DNA of 64,000 bases. Origin: Lingula anatina. Its lineage: Eukaryota; Animalia; Brachiopoda. The position numbers and the translations under genes are program-made. Positions 1 to 10,326 of this stretch are shown piece after piece (the stretch's first letter is position 1; the number at the start of each line of letters is the position of its first letter). The stretch spans positions 186,001 through 250,000 of the forward strand of contig CM120645.1 in assembly GCA_051362555.1 (NCBI GenBank), in the 5' to 3' direction. The notes beneath the pieces were generated by a model. The model saw only the letters and a program-made list of their open reading frames with translations. It made no database searches and was not told the DNA's origin.

Positions 1-109
1 AGATGGCAAAGACGGACTCCAGGTAGGTCAAGCCACATTTGTTAATTAAAACAAATTTTTATATTTCACTTTATAAATTTACGCATTGCGTCTTCGGTGC
101 ATCGGGTCT

Positions 110-258
110 TGTCGTAGTTTTCTGTTGTTATGTAACTCAAGTTAACATTTTTTAAATAACTCATTTATTACATAACACGTCCAGCCATGCTGGCTAACTG
201 GTAGAGAAAAGAACAATGCATTATGGGAGATATGTTAATTACATTATAATATGCAACA
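110..258 (-). repeat. 3' LTR (149 bp)
   Basis: Direct repeat of 4603-4752; differs by one T in a homopolymer and one T/A substitution; contains AATAAA on the minus strand. Confidence 0.95.
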
Positions 259-277
259 TCTCCCTTTTTTTTTTTTA
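259..277 (-). other. Polypurine tract
   Basis: Plus strand TCTCCCT(n) equals minus strand A(n)GGGAGA abutting the 3' LTR. Confidence 0.85.
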
Positions 278-561
278 TAAAAATAAATCCTGGAATTTTT
301 TTTTTTTTTTTTTAAAGTTGCTAATAAACATAATCAGTTCACTGTCCGTGTTGTCTTTGTCTCCAAGACATTTCAATGTTCACAGTTCATAGGCACATGT
401 AAATGTTTTTTTTTTTTGTTTGTTTGTTTTAACACAAAAGTCAACAGAATCTCAAGTCCAGAGTTCATAAATGAAACAATTATGATTAAGCTTATTGAAA
501 TTACAGTCAATTTGTGACACTTTCACAACTGACTTGTTACAGTCACTATTACTGAATTTAT

Positions 562-3500
562 TCATAAGTTCAGTCTCTCTGGAGGTTTAATGTTCCTGCT
601 TGATCTGCGTAAGGGTTGAGATTGAGGTGTTTCACATTTTGTAACAGTCTCTGTGTTTGTAATGTCAACAAGAGGTTCATCAGTTTCCTCAATCTCATTG
701 TTTCTGAAATCAAAATGTTCTTTTGTCTTATGAATGTGTTTCCTGTTGCGTCGGTAATTTCCACCATTGGATTCCACATAATAAGATCTGGGTTTGTCTG
801 ATACAGTTTTAACTTTGGCAGGTTGCCATGTATTATTCTGAGTGTCATACATGCGAACAAATTCTCCTTCATGTAAAGGTTCAAGCGGTTTGGCATGCTG
901 ATCATAGTGTGTTTTACTTGCGTTCTGTCTCTTCTGTAATGCTACATTGTAGTCGGAGTTCAACTGTGACTGTCCAGCGGGAATATTTGTTTTATACTTC
1001 CGGTTATTCAATAACTCACAAGGCGCTGGTAGGTTGTGATCAATGGGTGTTGTGCGAAGACATAACATGGATAGGTGGGGATCTGAATTCGATTCCCATG
1101 CTTTCTGAAATAGACTTTTAACAGTCTGTACCATTCGTTCTATGAATCCATTTGACTGCGGATACATAGGTGAGGATGTAATGTGCGTAAATCCCCAAGT
1201 GTTTGCGAAGTTTTTGAATCCTTCTGATGAAAACTGAGGTCCATTGTCAGTTTTAAGAATCTCAGGGATGCCATGCTCCTCGAATATGCTCTTTAAGTGT
1301 GCAATTACACTGCCTGATGATGTACTTGGAAGTTTCCTCACTAAAGGATATTTGCTGTACTGGTCAGCAACTAATAAGTAGTCAGTTTGTCTCCAATAGA
1401 ACAAATCTGCTGCTAATGTGTGCCATGCGCGGGGAGGTACATCTGCTGGCAATAAGGGTTCCTTACTGTTGGCAGCTTGGTGTTTCTGGCAAGGTGGACA
1501 CAGTCCGACTGTGTGCTCAATATCATTATTCATGCCAGGCCAGAATACAGACGATTTTGCACGTAGCTTACATATCTCCACTCCCTGGTGGGCATAATGT
1601 AGCTGTTTAAGTAGGTCAGGGCGAAGTACTGTAGGAATAATCATCCTATTCCCCTTCATTATGATTCCATCTGCGATGCCTAACTCATCACGGTAGTTCC
1701 AGTATGGGTGAAGAATTTCTGGACACTCGCTGCGTGTAGCTGGCCATCCTACAGAAATCATTTCACGAAGAGCTGCTAGCTGTGGTTCCTTACTAGTTTC
1801 CTCGCGAATTTGCTCAATGCGTGTTGGACTTGCGTTCATGTACGAGTGTAATTCATGTACTGTAATGTCAAGTCCTTTGATGTCGTCACCATCACAAGGT
1901 TTCATGCGAGAGAGGGCATCAGCTAGTCCTATATTTTTGCCTGGGACATACACAATCTCTGTGTCATAACACTGCGTTCTCAGCAACATGCGAGTCAGAC
2001 GCGGTGGTGCGTTGTGTAGGTGCTTCTTGAAAATGGCTTCTAGAGGCTTGTGATCAGTCTCTACTTTAACATGTCTACCATAGACATAATGGTGAAACTT
2101 TTCAAGACCAAACACTACTGCTAACATCTCGCGTTCAATGTTGGAGTAACGTGACTCTGTTTCTGTGAGTGCTTTGCTAGCATATGCAACTGGGCCTTTA
2201 TCCTGGATTAAGGCAGCTCCTAATCCATAAGATGAAGCGTCAACTTGGAGTGTAAGTGACTTGCTACTGTCGTAGAATTGTAGGTTGGTTGCGTTTGCTA
2301 TTTCTCTTTTAATCTCATTGAATGCAATACTGTGTTCAGCATTCCACTGAAAAACACTATCCTTCTTGCACAGGTCTCTGAGACTGGCTGTAAGTTGAGA
2401 CATGTGGGGAATGTATCTGCTTAGATAATTTGTCATCCCAAGGAATGTTTGTAGTTCCGATACATTTCTCGGCTCATTCATTACATTAATGGCTTCTACC
2501 TTTGCTGGGTCTGGTTTTAGCCCGTCTTTTCCTATAATATGACCGAAGAATGGAATTTCCTCCTTTCTAAGAATCATCTTGTCCTCATTAAAGCGTATCC
2601 CCTTTCTTCTGGCTGTATCTAATACAACGCGCAGAGTCGCATCGTGGTCAGATCCGTCTTCTTGCCAACCTGCTATGATGAGGTCGTCGGCGATTCCGGT
2701 ACACCCTGGAATGTCTTTGAATACTTCTTCAATCTTGGCCTGGAAGACGTCTTGAGATAGCGAGAGGCCAAAGGGTAGTCTGTTGTATCTAAATCTTCCG
2801 AAGGGCGTATTGAAGGTAGTCAGAAGAGAACTTTCTTCATCTAACGTGATATTCCAATACCCACTCCGAAGGTCAAGTATACTGAAATAACGCGCGCCAC
2901 TCAGTTGAGGTAGGATGTCATCCAGTGTTGGTGTGTAGTGGTGTGGACGTCTAATTGCCGTATTTAAGTCTTTTGGATCCAGGCAGAGACGTATTTTTCC
3001 ATTGGGTTTGGTTACACATACACACGAGTTTACCCATTTCGTTGGTTGTGTGACTGGTGACAGGATCCCTTGCTCAACGAGAGAGTCCAACTCCTCCTTG
3101 AGTGCTGGCTGCAATGCAATAGGTACACGCCGTGGTGGGTGAACAACAGGAGAAACAGTGGGGTCAATATTTATGTGATATTCCCCATCCAATTTCCCGA
3201 TACCTTCAAAGATATCCTTATACTCTGATAGTATGGACTGTCTTGTCACTGTATTTATGTTCAGAGTAACAAGTCCCAGTTTCTGACTGGTTTCCATTCC
3301 TAGTATAACTGGTCCTTCACAGTCCACAATATAACTGTCTGAGGTCACCATGACCTTGTCATTTGTGAATGTCAATGTTGCTATTCCACATACTGGTAAC
3401 TTACTGCCACCATATGCAGTAATCGTGTCATTTGTAGGCTTTAGTGGTTGCTTAATTGCAAGTTTTTTGAAAGAAGACAGTGGTATTACATTTCCCTCAG

Positions 3501-4488
3501 CACCAGTGTCTATTTTGCAACGTAATGTTGAAGTAGAGTTCCCAACTTTAACTTCAATGTCAGCAAATGGCTTGACTGGGGACTGTTTTGACTGAATACT
3601 ATCTACATATATAGAGTCAAAGTATACACTGCTACTGCCACTTTCATTTGCTACTGAATGCACAGTTTTACTATGGGTCGATGCAGTTACTGTTTTTGTT
3701 CTACATACCCTTTTCCAGTGATCTGGCTTGCCACATTTGAGACAAATTGTACCTTTAGCTGGGCACTGTTGAAAAACATGTTCAGTTCCACACTTACCAC
3801 ATTCTTGCAGTGGCTGTCGTGAGCGTTGCTTGTTTGGTACCTTTGATTGAGTTTGCTGGCGAGGAGTGCGAGGTTGTGGCTGTCTGTAACGCGGTCTCCC
3901 TCTTTGACTGTTTCCACTTGGCCGTAGTGCATGAATTTCCTTTGCCGATGTACTGTGAAGATCCTCAATCTGTTTCTTAGTTGCTTCCTCTGTTCGTGCA
4001 ATAACAAGAGCCTGATCTAGAGTCAAATCGTCCTCTCTTTGTAATAATTTCGCCTGAATTCTCTCCGAGTTAGTGCCAAAAATGAGAGTGTCAATTATGT
4101 GTTGATCAACATCGGTATATTTGCATTCATTTGCCACGAGTCTGATTCGTCTGACAAAAGAATCAATGCTCTCACCTGCTTCTTGTCTGCATGCTCTAAG
4201 TTTAAATCTCTGAATTCGAAAGTTACTCTTTGGCTTCGTGTATTCTTCCAATTTTTGCCAATACGAGGTCAACACGTCTGGATCATCAATGTTAAAAGTT
4301 TTCACAATTTCGCGGCCTTTTTCTCCGATCCAAAGGAGAAGAAATTTCACTTGTCTTTCCTCTGACACAGCATCTAAAGGTCCTTGGAATATCAATTCAC
4401 ACTTTTCCTTGAAAAGTTTGAACGTGCGCGGTAAGTCCATGGATTCCCAGTCCATGTGAGGCGGTTGTATCCCATACATGTGCTCCAT
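562..4488 (-). CDS. Gag-Pol polyprotein (1308 aa)
   Basis: Two Cys/His knuckles (CGKCGTEHVFQQC, CLKCGKPDHWKRVC), protease IDTGA, RT (LDLRSGYW, LPFGL, IADD), RNase H (VDAS, YSNIEREMLA, TDHKPL), integrase HHCC (HYAH...CPPC) and DDE (ADLF, TDNG, ERMV); no stops. Confidence 0.97.
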   Translation of the reverse strand: MEHMYGIQPPHMDWESMDLPRTFKLFKEKCELIFQGPLDAVSEERQVKFLLLWIGEKGREIVKTFNIDDPDVLTSYWQKLEEYTKPKSNFRIQRFKLRACRQEAGESIDSFVRRIRLVANECKYTDVDQHIIDTLIFGTNSERIQAKLLQREDDLTLDQALVIARTEEATKKQIEDLHSTSAKEIHALRPSGNSQRGRPRYRQPQPRTPRQQTQSKVPNKQRSRQPLQECGKCGTEHVFQQCPAKGTICLKCGKPDHWKRVCRTKTVTASTHSKTVHSVANESGSSSVYFDSIYVDSIQSKQSPVKPFADIEVKVGNSTSTLRCKIDTGAEGNVIPLSSFKKLAIKQPLKPTNDTITAYGGSKLPVCGIATLTFTNDKVMVTSDSYIVDCEGPVILGMETSQKLGLVTLNINTVTRQSILSEYKDIFEGIGKLDGEYHINIDPTVSPVVHPPRRVPIALQPALKEELDSLVEQGILSPVTQPTKWVNSCVCVTKPNGKIRLCLDPKDLNTAIRRPHHYTPTLDDILPQLSGARYFSILDLRSGYWNITLDEESSLLTTFNTPFGRFRYNRLPFGLSLSQDVFQAKIEEVFKDIPGCTGIADDLIIAGWQEDGSDHDATLRVVLDTARRKGIRFNEDKMILRKEEIPFFGHIIGKDGLKPDPAKVEAINVMNEPRNVSELQTFLGMTNYLSRYIPHMSQLTASLRDLCKKDSVFQWNAEHSIAFNEIKREIANATNLQFYDSSKSLTLQVDASSYGLGAALIQDKGPVAYASKALTETESRYSNIEREMLAVVFGLEKFHHYVYGRHVKVETDHKPLEAIFKKHLHNAPPRLTRMLLRTQCYDTEIVYVPGKNIGLADALSRMKPCDGDDIKGLDITVHELHSYMNASPTRIEQIREETSKEPQLAALREMISVGWPATRSECPEILHPYWNYRDELGIADGIIMKGNRMIIPTVLRPDLLKQLHYAHQGVEICKLRAKSSVFWPGMNNDIEHTVGLCPPCQKHQAANSKEPLLPADVPPRAWHTLAADLFYWRQTDYLLVADQYSKYPLVRKLPSTSSGSVIAHLKSIFEEHGIPEILKTDNGPQFSSEGFKNFANTWGFTHITSSPMYPQSNGFIERMVQTVKSLFQKAWESNSDPHLSMLCLRTTPIDHNLPAPCELLNNRKYKTNIPAGQSQLNSDYNVALQKRQNASKTHYDQHAKPLEPLHEGEFVRMYDTQNNTWQPAKVKTVSDKPRSYYVESNGGNYRRNRKHIHKTKEHFDFRNNEIEETDEPLVDITNTETVTKCETPQSQPLRRSSRNIKPPERLNL

Positions 4489-4584
4489 TTTTTTTTTCCT
4501 TTTTTTTTTTAGTGATTCTAAATCCGTTTTTATCTTGTAGTTTGTGGGTCATCCAATCTCCAAATTATGCTACATCCAATGTAG

Positions 4585-4602
4585 ATCCCGATTCTGACAC
4601 CA
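4585..4602 (-). other. Primer binding site, tRNA-Leu type
   Basis: Minus strand reads TGGTGTCAGAATCGGGAT directly after the 5' LTR; close to the complement of a tRNA-Leu 3' end (TGGTGTCAGAAGTGGGAT). Confidence 0.8.
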
Positions 4603-4752
4603 TGTCGTAGTTTTTCTGTTGTTATGTAACTCAAGTTAACATTTTTTTAATAACTCATTTATTACATAACACGTCCAGCCATGCTGGCTAACTGGTAGAG
4701 AAAAGAACAATGCATTATGGGAGATATGTTAATTACATTATAATATGCAACA
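4603..4752 (-). repeat. 5' LTR (150 bp)
   Basis: TGTCGTAG...TGCAACA, followed by the TSD GGTCT. Confidence 0.95.
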
Positions 4753-5648
4753 GGTCTCATAATTTAAAATATACATATAAAAGACCATTAATGACACTGA
4801 TAGTTCTGTTATCGTTTTCAGGGTCCCCCAGGTCCTGCAGTGACAGATGACAGAATCAAAGATCTTATCAAAAATCTAGGTAAACACTTTTTGTTTTACT
4901 TTTGAACCTTAATATTAAGTACTGTGTCCTGAGTTTCGACCATGCGATGTTTAACGCATTAATTTACTGAAATTTTGACATTCTCACCAACGGAATAAGT
5001 AAATGATCACGCTAAGAACCCTGATAACTTATCATACGTATACATGCATTGACAACCGTGTTCTAGGTTTGCCACCCAACACGACTGTAGGGGGAGCTGT
5101 GTACACAAGATGGGGGCGGACCACCTGTGGAGCTTCTTCCAAATTTCTTTATAAAGGTTAGTGCTGGTGACTGTTATTGTGCCAAAACCTCACGCTGATA
5201 ATTTGTGCCTTCTGTTGGATAAAGTCATATTCTTGGAATTTATGAACCATGCACGGAAATATTCAAAGCCTTCTAGGGTCTGGATAATGTCTAAGGAAGA
5301 GGGATACTGTACAAATAATGGAATTTGAACTCCTTTGAAGCTAAGAGTTACAATTGACATGAGTGCCATATCACTAGATCTCTTTTCGAAGTCTATTTTA
5401 CATTTTTTTCTCACCTTATCTAGCCGGACTGGAGTCACTGTAAATCGGAACTTAATGACACAGACAAAGTGAATCACATATCAATTACTACTAGCAGTTT
5501 CTTAGACAGCCCAAAATAAGTTCAGGTGCCAAAAACTCGGTCAGCCAAAAATTTCTTTAAAAAGTGGCCCTTTTTCCAATTTCTAGACGTAAACTTACTA
5601 TCCAAATGATGTGGTAAACTGGACGTATTTCTGCCACGCGTGCAATAT

Positions 5649-5939
5649 CAGTGACGGGTTTAGAAGTGGGGGGGGGGGGGGGGGGGGGGGGGGTGTCAGG
5701 GGGGTTCTGACCCCCCCTTCCATTTTTGAAAACAAAAATCACATCAATGGTCCTCTCTTGAAATAATAATTTTGACTACCGAGTCGTATTTCTGAAGTGT
5801 ACCAAATAGCGCCTTTCGCCCTTTAAAATAACATTTTTCTCGGGGTTCTTAAGCAGGCCCCGAACCCCACGCCCAGGGGGGGGGGTCGACTTCGTATCCA
5901 AGGACACCCCCCCTTCAAATAATCCTGGTTCCGCCCCTG
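5649..5939. mobile_element. Non-autonomous DNA transposon (CAG...CTG termini)
   Basis: Ends CAGTGACGG / CCGCCCCTG flanked by a 5-bp direct repeat AATAT; its right end is the reverse complement of the left end of the element at 30550. Confidence 0.6.
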
Positions 5940-6546
5940 AATATCATTATTGTTCAAACGAGAATCTGCAAAAAGGGCCAAGAGTTACATTTGTGGTAAC
6001 ATTATGCCACATATTACAATTAAAATTGTTTCTTTTCTTGCAGGCTACTCAGCTGGTAATAAATTTGATATTAAAGGTGGTGGTAACAACTACTGTACCT
6101 TTGTCTGCCTGAAGTACCACAGTGGGGCAACCGCCAAAATGGCCGCCAGAATTATGGATCCCATATATATGGCGTTGAATATGAAATGGGATTTAGCAGC
6201 AATGACCCATTCCTGAGGGCCAATACCAAGGGACAAACTTCCAAGAACTATGATGCTCCATGTGCTGTTTGTCACACCCAAGGACGCACCAGTCATGTTA
6301 TGATTCCAGCGTGGAAGACGTGTCCTCCTGGATGGACACAAGAGTATCATGGCTACCTGGTTTCCGCCTACTACACTCACTATAGGCAAGGATACGTCTG
6401 TTTGGACGAAGCTCCAGAAATAATTCCAGGAACTTCAGCTAATAAAGACGGGGCCCTCTTTTACGTAGTTGAAGCAGCTTGTGGTTCCCTCCCCTGTCCT
6501 AACTATGTAGACGGGTGGGAGGTGACCTGTGTCGTGTGTTCTAAGT

Positions 6547-6590
6547 GAGAGAGAGAGAGAGATAGTGTGTGTGGGGGGAGAGAAATATAT

Positions 6591-6638
<48 letters not shown>

Positions 6639-6661
6639 TGTGTGGGGGAGAGAAATATATA

Positions 6662-6712
<51 letters not shown>

Positions 6713-6735
6713 TGTGTGGGGGAGAGAAATATATA

Positions 6736-6828
<93 letters not shown>

Positions 6829-6930
6829 TGTGTGGGGGAGGGGAGAGAAATATATATAGTGTGTGTGTGTGAGAGAGAGAGAGAGAGTGTGTGTGTGGGG
6901 GGAGAGAAATATATAGAGCATGTGTGTGCG
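6547..6930. repeat. Compound microsatellite array (GA)n-(GT)n-GGGGAGAGAAATATATA
   Basis: About five higher-order units, starting at the collagen-like stop codon. Confidence 0.9.
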
Positions 6931-7053
6931 AGAGAGCAGAGACAGACAGCAAGAGCTAGCGTGTGCATGCGTGTATGAGATAGAGAGAGAAAGTGCACGT
7001 GGGAGAGAAAGAGAAATTCTGGGGTAGGGAGAGAGAGTAACGTGCTTTTATTC

Positions 7054-7110
<57 letters not shown>

Positions 7111-8865
7111 TTTTTGAGGAAAACGTTTACCACCACATATCGTCGGCAGAAGATGCCATCACATGTATGATGCCTTAAGTATCATTGTTTAGGTTAAAGA
7201 AACAGAATTGAACATTTTAATCTTGTTCAACACTATGTTGTCTATGGACTGCTTTTCTTTTTTAAGCCTTTGAGACGTCAGTTTCATGTAATCGCCTTAA
7301 AGATATATTCAGAGCAAAACATATTCAGACCAAGCACACACTCAAATACATGCACGCACACACATCGCAAACATACGCGCACACACACCAGTGACACGCA
7401 AATTCACACACACATATTTATTGCCAATTTATATAGGCTTTGTCTTTATTCAGAAACCTGTGCATAAATATTTTGTGGGTAACAAACACACTGAAACTCG
7501 TAAACGTTGCTGCTTACTTTCTATTTACTATGTAAGGAGGAATAAATAATCAAAGGGAACTATACAGACTTCATCGTATCATTCCAATTTCACAACCTTA
7601 GCACATATAATATTTTCAGAAATGGAGATTAAACGCAATGCTGTATACATTCAACCCTGAGTATGGACAGCAACCCCTCCCCATAGACCACAGACTATAC
7701 ATGACGTTTTGTTACGTATTTACGAGTATTACAGTTTTACAGATACCCACGCCAAGTGCACGCATTTCTGTGATAACTTTCATGTTAGCTTTCGCCGTTG
7801 CCCAGAGGTAATGATCACACAACTCTCAGTATTCACAAACCTTCATCTACCATATGTAAATGCAAAGATCACTTTTAAAAACTTTATACTCATCAACTGT
7901 CCAGTGACAACCTGGAAACAAAAATCAAAATATTTCTGTGTAACTTGGTTATTAGTTTGAGCATTTAAAATATCAGTTTTCCTACAGCACAACGGGCCGT
8001 GAACCCGTAGTTTGGTTTGCCAGAGAGTTAGTGAGACCCAGAGGGGAGACATGATATATGACTTCCTATATTAAAAAAATGCCTGGGGACAACAATTAGC
8101 TGTGACAGTGGAGGAAAGATTGACACCCAGAGAGCACGTGGCTTTAAACAAGGCACATCTTGGTGTTGATATTATATATTAGGGGCCATTTAGAGTGGAG
8201 TTTATTACGGCGTAGGGAAGAGGGAAATTTCCCCATAATGTCCTAAGGTAATAAAGCAAACGTAAAATTCAGTTGCCTTGGTATGTGCGCCGTGGTAATA
8301 GTTTCTTGTTAAGGGTGTATTCGACTGTAGAAGGAACCACAAACCCGGATAACATCTCCACGGAGTAGTAGCATGACAAGTATTGGCGACAGTCCTTGTT
8401 ATTGTGGGGTAAGAAGATTCCTATGAAACACATACAGTAAACGAGAAACTAACTTTGTTCACAATATAAGCAACTAATACGAGGAGGCCAAGGTAAGCTT
8501 TCCGTGTAAACTTAAACATCCCACTGTCATTTTATATCATTTATGTAGTATTATGTCTGTAAATAACTTTTTTCTCTTTAAATGGGGTGTAAGGGAATAG
8601 TAAGAGCATAAGGACAAAATGTTCTTTAAGCTGGGTAATAAATTGAATGTACACGTGAAAAATAAATTTTCTGTAAGAAAAAGAAAAAAAAATATGTTCG
8701 ACGCGCCCCTTCAATGAATTAGGCCTACATGTCAGTGCATTTTATTCATAAAAAAGTGTAACATTTCCTACTTTACAGGGTATATTCAATTTTTAAAACT
8801 CAAAATATCGCTTTTGACTATTCCAGCTAAGCTGTAACAAAGTGGAGGCCAACAGCAGGGCCAAG

Positions 8866-10326
8866 ATGGCGAAAATGGCTGTCCGCCTAAAACGCTCGTT
8901 GACGGTCATCGTCTGTCTCTGGGTAGGTGTGATGCTTGTCCTCGATTTCAATTTTGGGAATTCGATTTGGGAAGCGGAAATGAAACACCTGTCAGAGGAT
9001 TTTGATCGAGCTCAACATCTTTTTGTTCACAGCCACATTGGCGACCGACAAGACTTTAGACCTGGTCACATGCACGAGAATCACGTGAGAGTCAAACGAG
9101 AAACAGATGACGATAATTCAGTTGCCACGACGTTTGCGATCAGGGAGACTCCTGTGGGGAGAAAACGGGTAGTAAGGTTTGACCCTCGGCTGCTTTTGAA
9201 AGAGCTTAATACCTCAGAGCCGTATGGGGAAAACATGCACCATCATGTTTGGTTTGAAACTAAACACACAAATGACGACAGGATTATTTCACAAATGAGT
9301 CTTGCCGCCCCTCTAGTACCCAGACCTACGAATGTGGGCGATAAACGCGGTGCAAAGACCCCTAAACCTGCTTTAAAGACAATTCTGTTGTTCAATGGCC
9401 TGCCGAAATTCGTAAAACCAGGCCAAGTCCAATTTCTCTCGGAAGACTGTCCCGTGAAAACGTGTTATTTGACTGGAGATAAGAAGGATTCATCAAAAGC
9501 GGACGCTGTTGTTCTGGGCGGACGACATCCGCACACTCCATCCGTTAAACCACAGGGTCAGGTGTGGGTGATGTGGGGGATTGAATCACCAAAATACTGG
9601 CAAATGCCTGTCACTCTGGGTGATCGGATTAACTGGACTGCCACCTATCGGCATGACTCCACCATCGTAACCCCATACGAGAAATACGTGCCTCACAAAT
9701 ATAGTACTCTTAAACAGGGGACATTGAAAAATTATGCCTCGGGGAAACAGAAGAAAGTGGCATGGTTCGCCAGCAGATGCAAGTCTAATAACAAGAGGGA
9801 AGACTACGTCAAAGAACTAGCAAAATATATCGAGGTGGACATTTATGGACCTTGTGGGTCTAAGACATGTCCCAAATTCTCCGCTGAGTGCTACAACATG
9901 CTAAGCAACGACTACAAATTTTACTTGTCGTTTGAAAACTCAAACTGTCGTGATTACATCACTGAGAAATTCTTTGTGAATGGACTGGGTAATGACGTTA
10001 TCCCCATCGCCATGGGGGCTCATCCAGACGACTACAAGAGGGCAGCACCTCCGCACTCCTATATCCACGTGGAAGACTTCAGGTCAGCAAAGGAACTGGC
10101 CGAGTATTTACACAAACTGGATAAAAACGACGACTTATACAACGAGTACTTTCGCTGGAAGGGTTCCATGAAGAAAATAAATACTCATTTTTTCTGCCGA
10201 CTCTGTGCCATGGTACACGAGGCAGAAAACCACCGAACTTGGTACAAAGATATACGAGAATGGTGGGGTGGGGAGGGTGTGTGCAGGACTGAACAGCGGT
10301 GGACTGATGGGGAGCCTCATTTCTGA
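8866..10326 (+). CDS. FucTA: Glycoprotein 3-alpha-L-fucosyltransferase A-like (GT10), type II Golgi membrane protein
   Basis: First ATG at 8866, signal anchor (LTVIVCLWVGVMLVL), INWTATYRHDSTIVTPYEK, KKVAWF, and the GT10 motif YKFYLSFENSNCRDYITEKF. Single coding exon after an acceptor at 8826; candidate UTR donor at 8493. Confidence 0.92.
   Translation: MAKMAVRLKRSLTVIVCLWVGVMLVLDFNFGNSIWEAEMKHLSEDFDRAQHLFVHSHIGDRQDFRPGHMHENHVRVKRETDDDNSVATTFAIRETPVGRKRVVRFDPRLLLKELNTSEPYGENMHHHVWFETKHTNDDRIISQMSLAAPLVPRPTNVGDKRGAKTPKPALKTILLFNGLPKFVKPGQVQFLSEDCPVKTCYLTGDKKDSSKADAVVLGGRHPHTPSVKPQGQVWVMWGIESPKYWQMPVTLGDRINWTATYRHDSTIVTPYEKYVPHKYSTLKQGTLKNYASGKQKKVAWFASRCKSNNKREDYVKELAKYIEVDIYGPCGSKTCPKFSAECYNMLSNDYKFYLSFENSNCRDYITEKFFVNGLGNDVIPIAMGAHPDDYKRAAPPHSYIHVEDFRSAKELAEYLHKLDKNDDLYNEYFRWKGSMKKINTHFFCRLCAMVHEAENHRTWYKDIREWWGGEGVCRTEQRWTDGEPHF

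Larger units (their letters stand above)
110..4752 (-). mobile_element. Full-length Ty3/Gypsy (probably Mag-clade) LTR retrotransposon
   Basis: Two TG...CA LTRs (110-258, 4603-4752), 5-bp TSD GGTCT (105-109, 4753-4757), PBS next to the 5' LTR, PPT next to the 3' LTR, and one intact gag-pol ORF with PR-RT-RH-IN order. Confidence 0.97.
1..6548 (+). pseudogene. Short-chain collagen C4-like gene (5' part outside the window), frameshifted in its last exon
   Basis: Exons 1-22 (DGKDGLQ), 4822-4879 (GPPGPAVTDDRIKDLIKNL), 5067-5156 (GGAVYTRWGRTTC) and 6044-6548 (GYSAG...GGGNNY / LCLPEVPQWG...APCAVC...MIPAWKTCPPGWTQEYHGYL...CGSLPCPNY...TCVVCSK*). Splice phases agree; a 5-nt insertion at 6091-6097 breaks the frame. 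Confidence 0.85.

Noticed and set aside
5950-6548. Two separate small genes (5950-6216 and 6186-6548)
   Set aside because: They are two frames of one frameshifted exon.
6435-7136. ORFs of 82-233 aa rich in HT/SL/CV
   Set aside because: Translations of (GT)n, (GA)n and (TA)n microsatellites.
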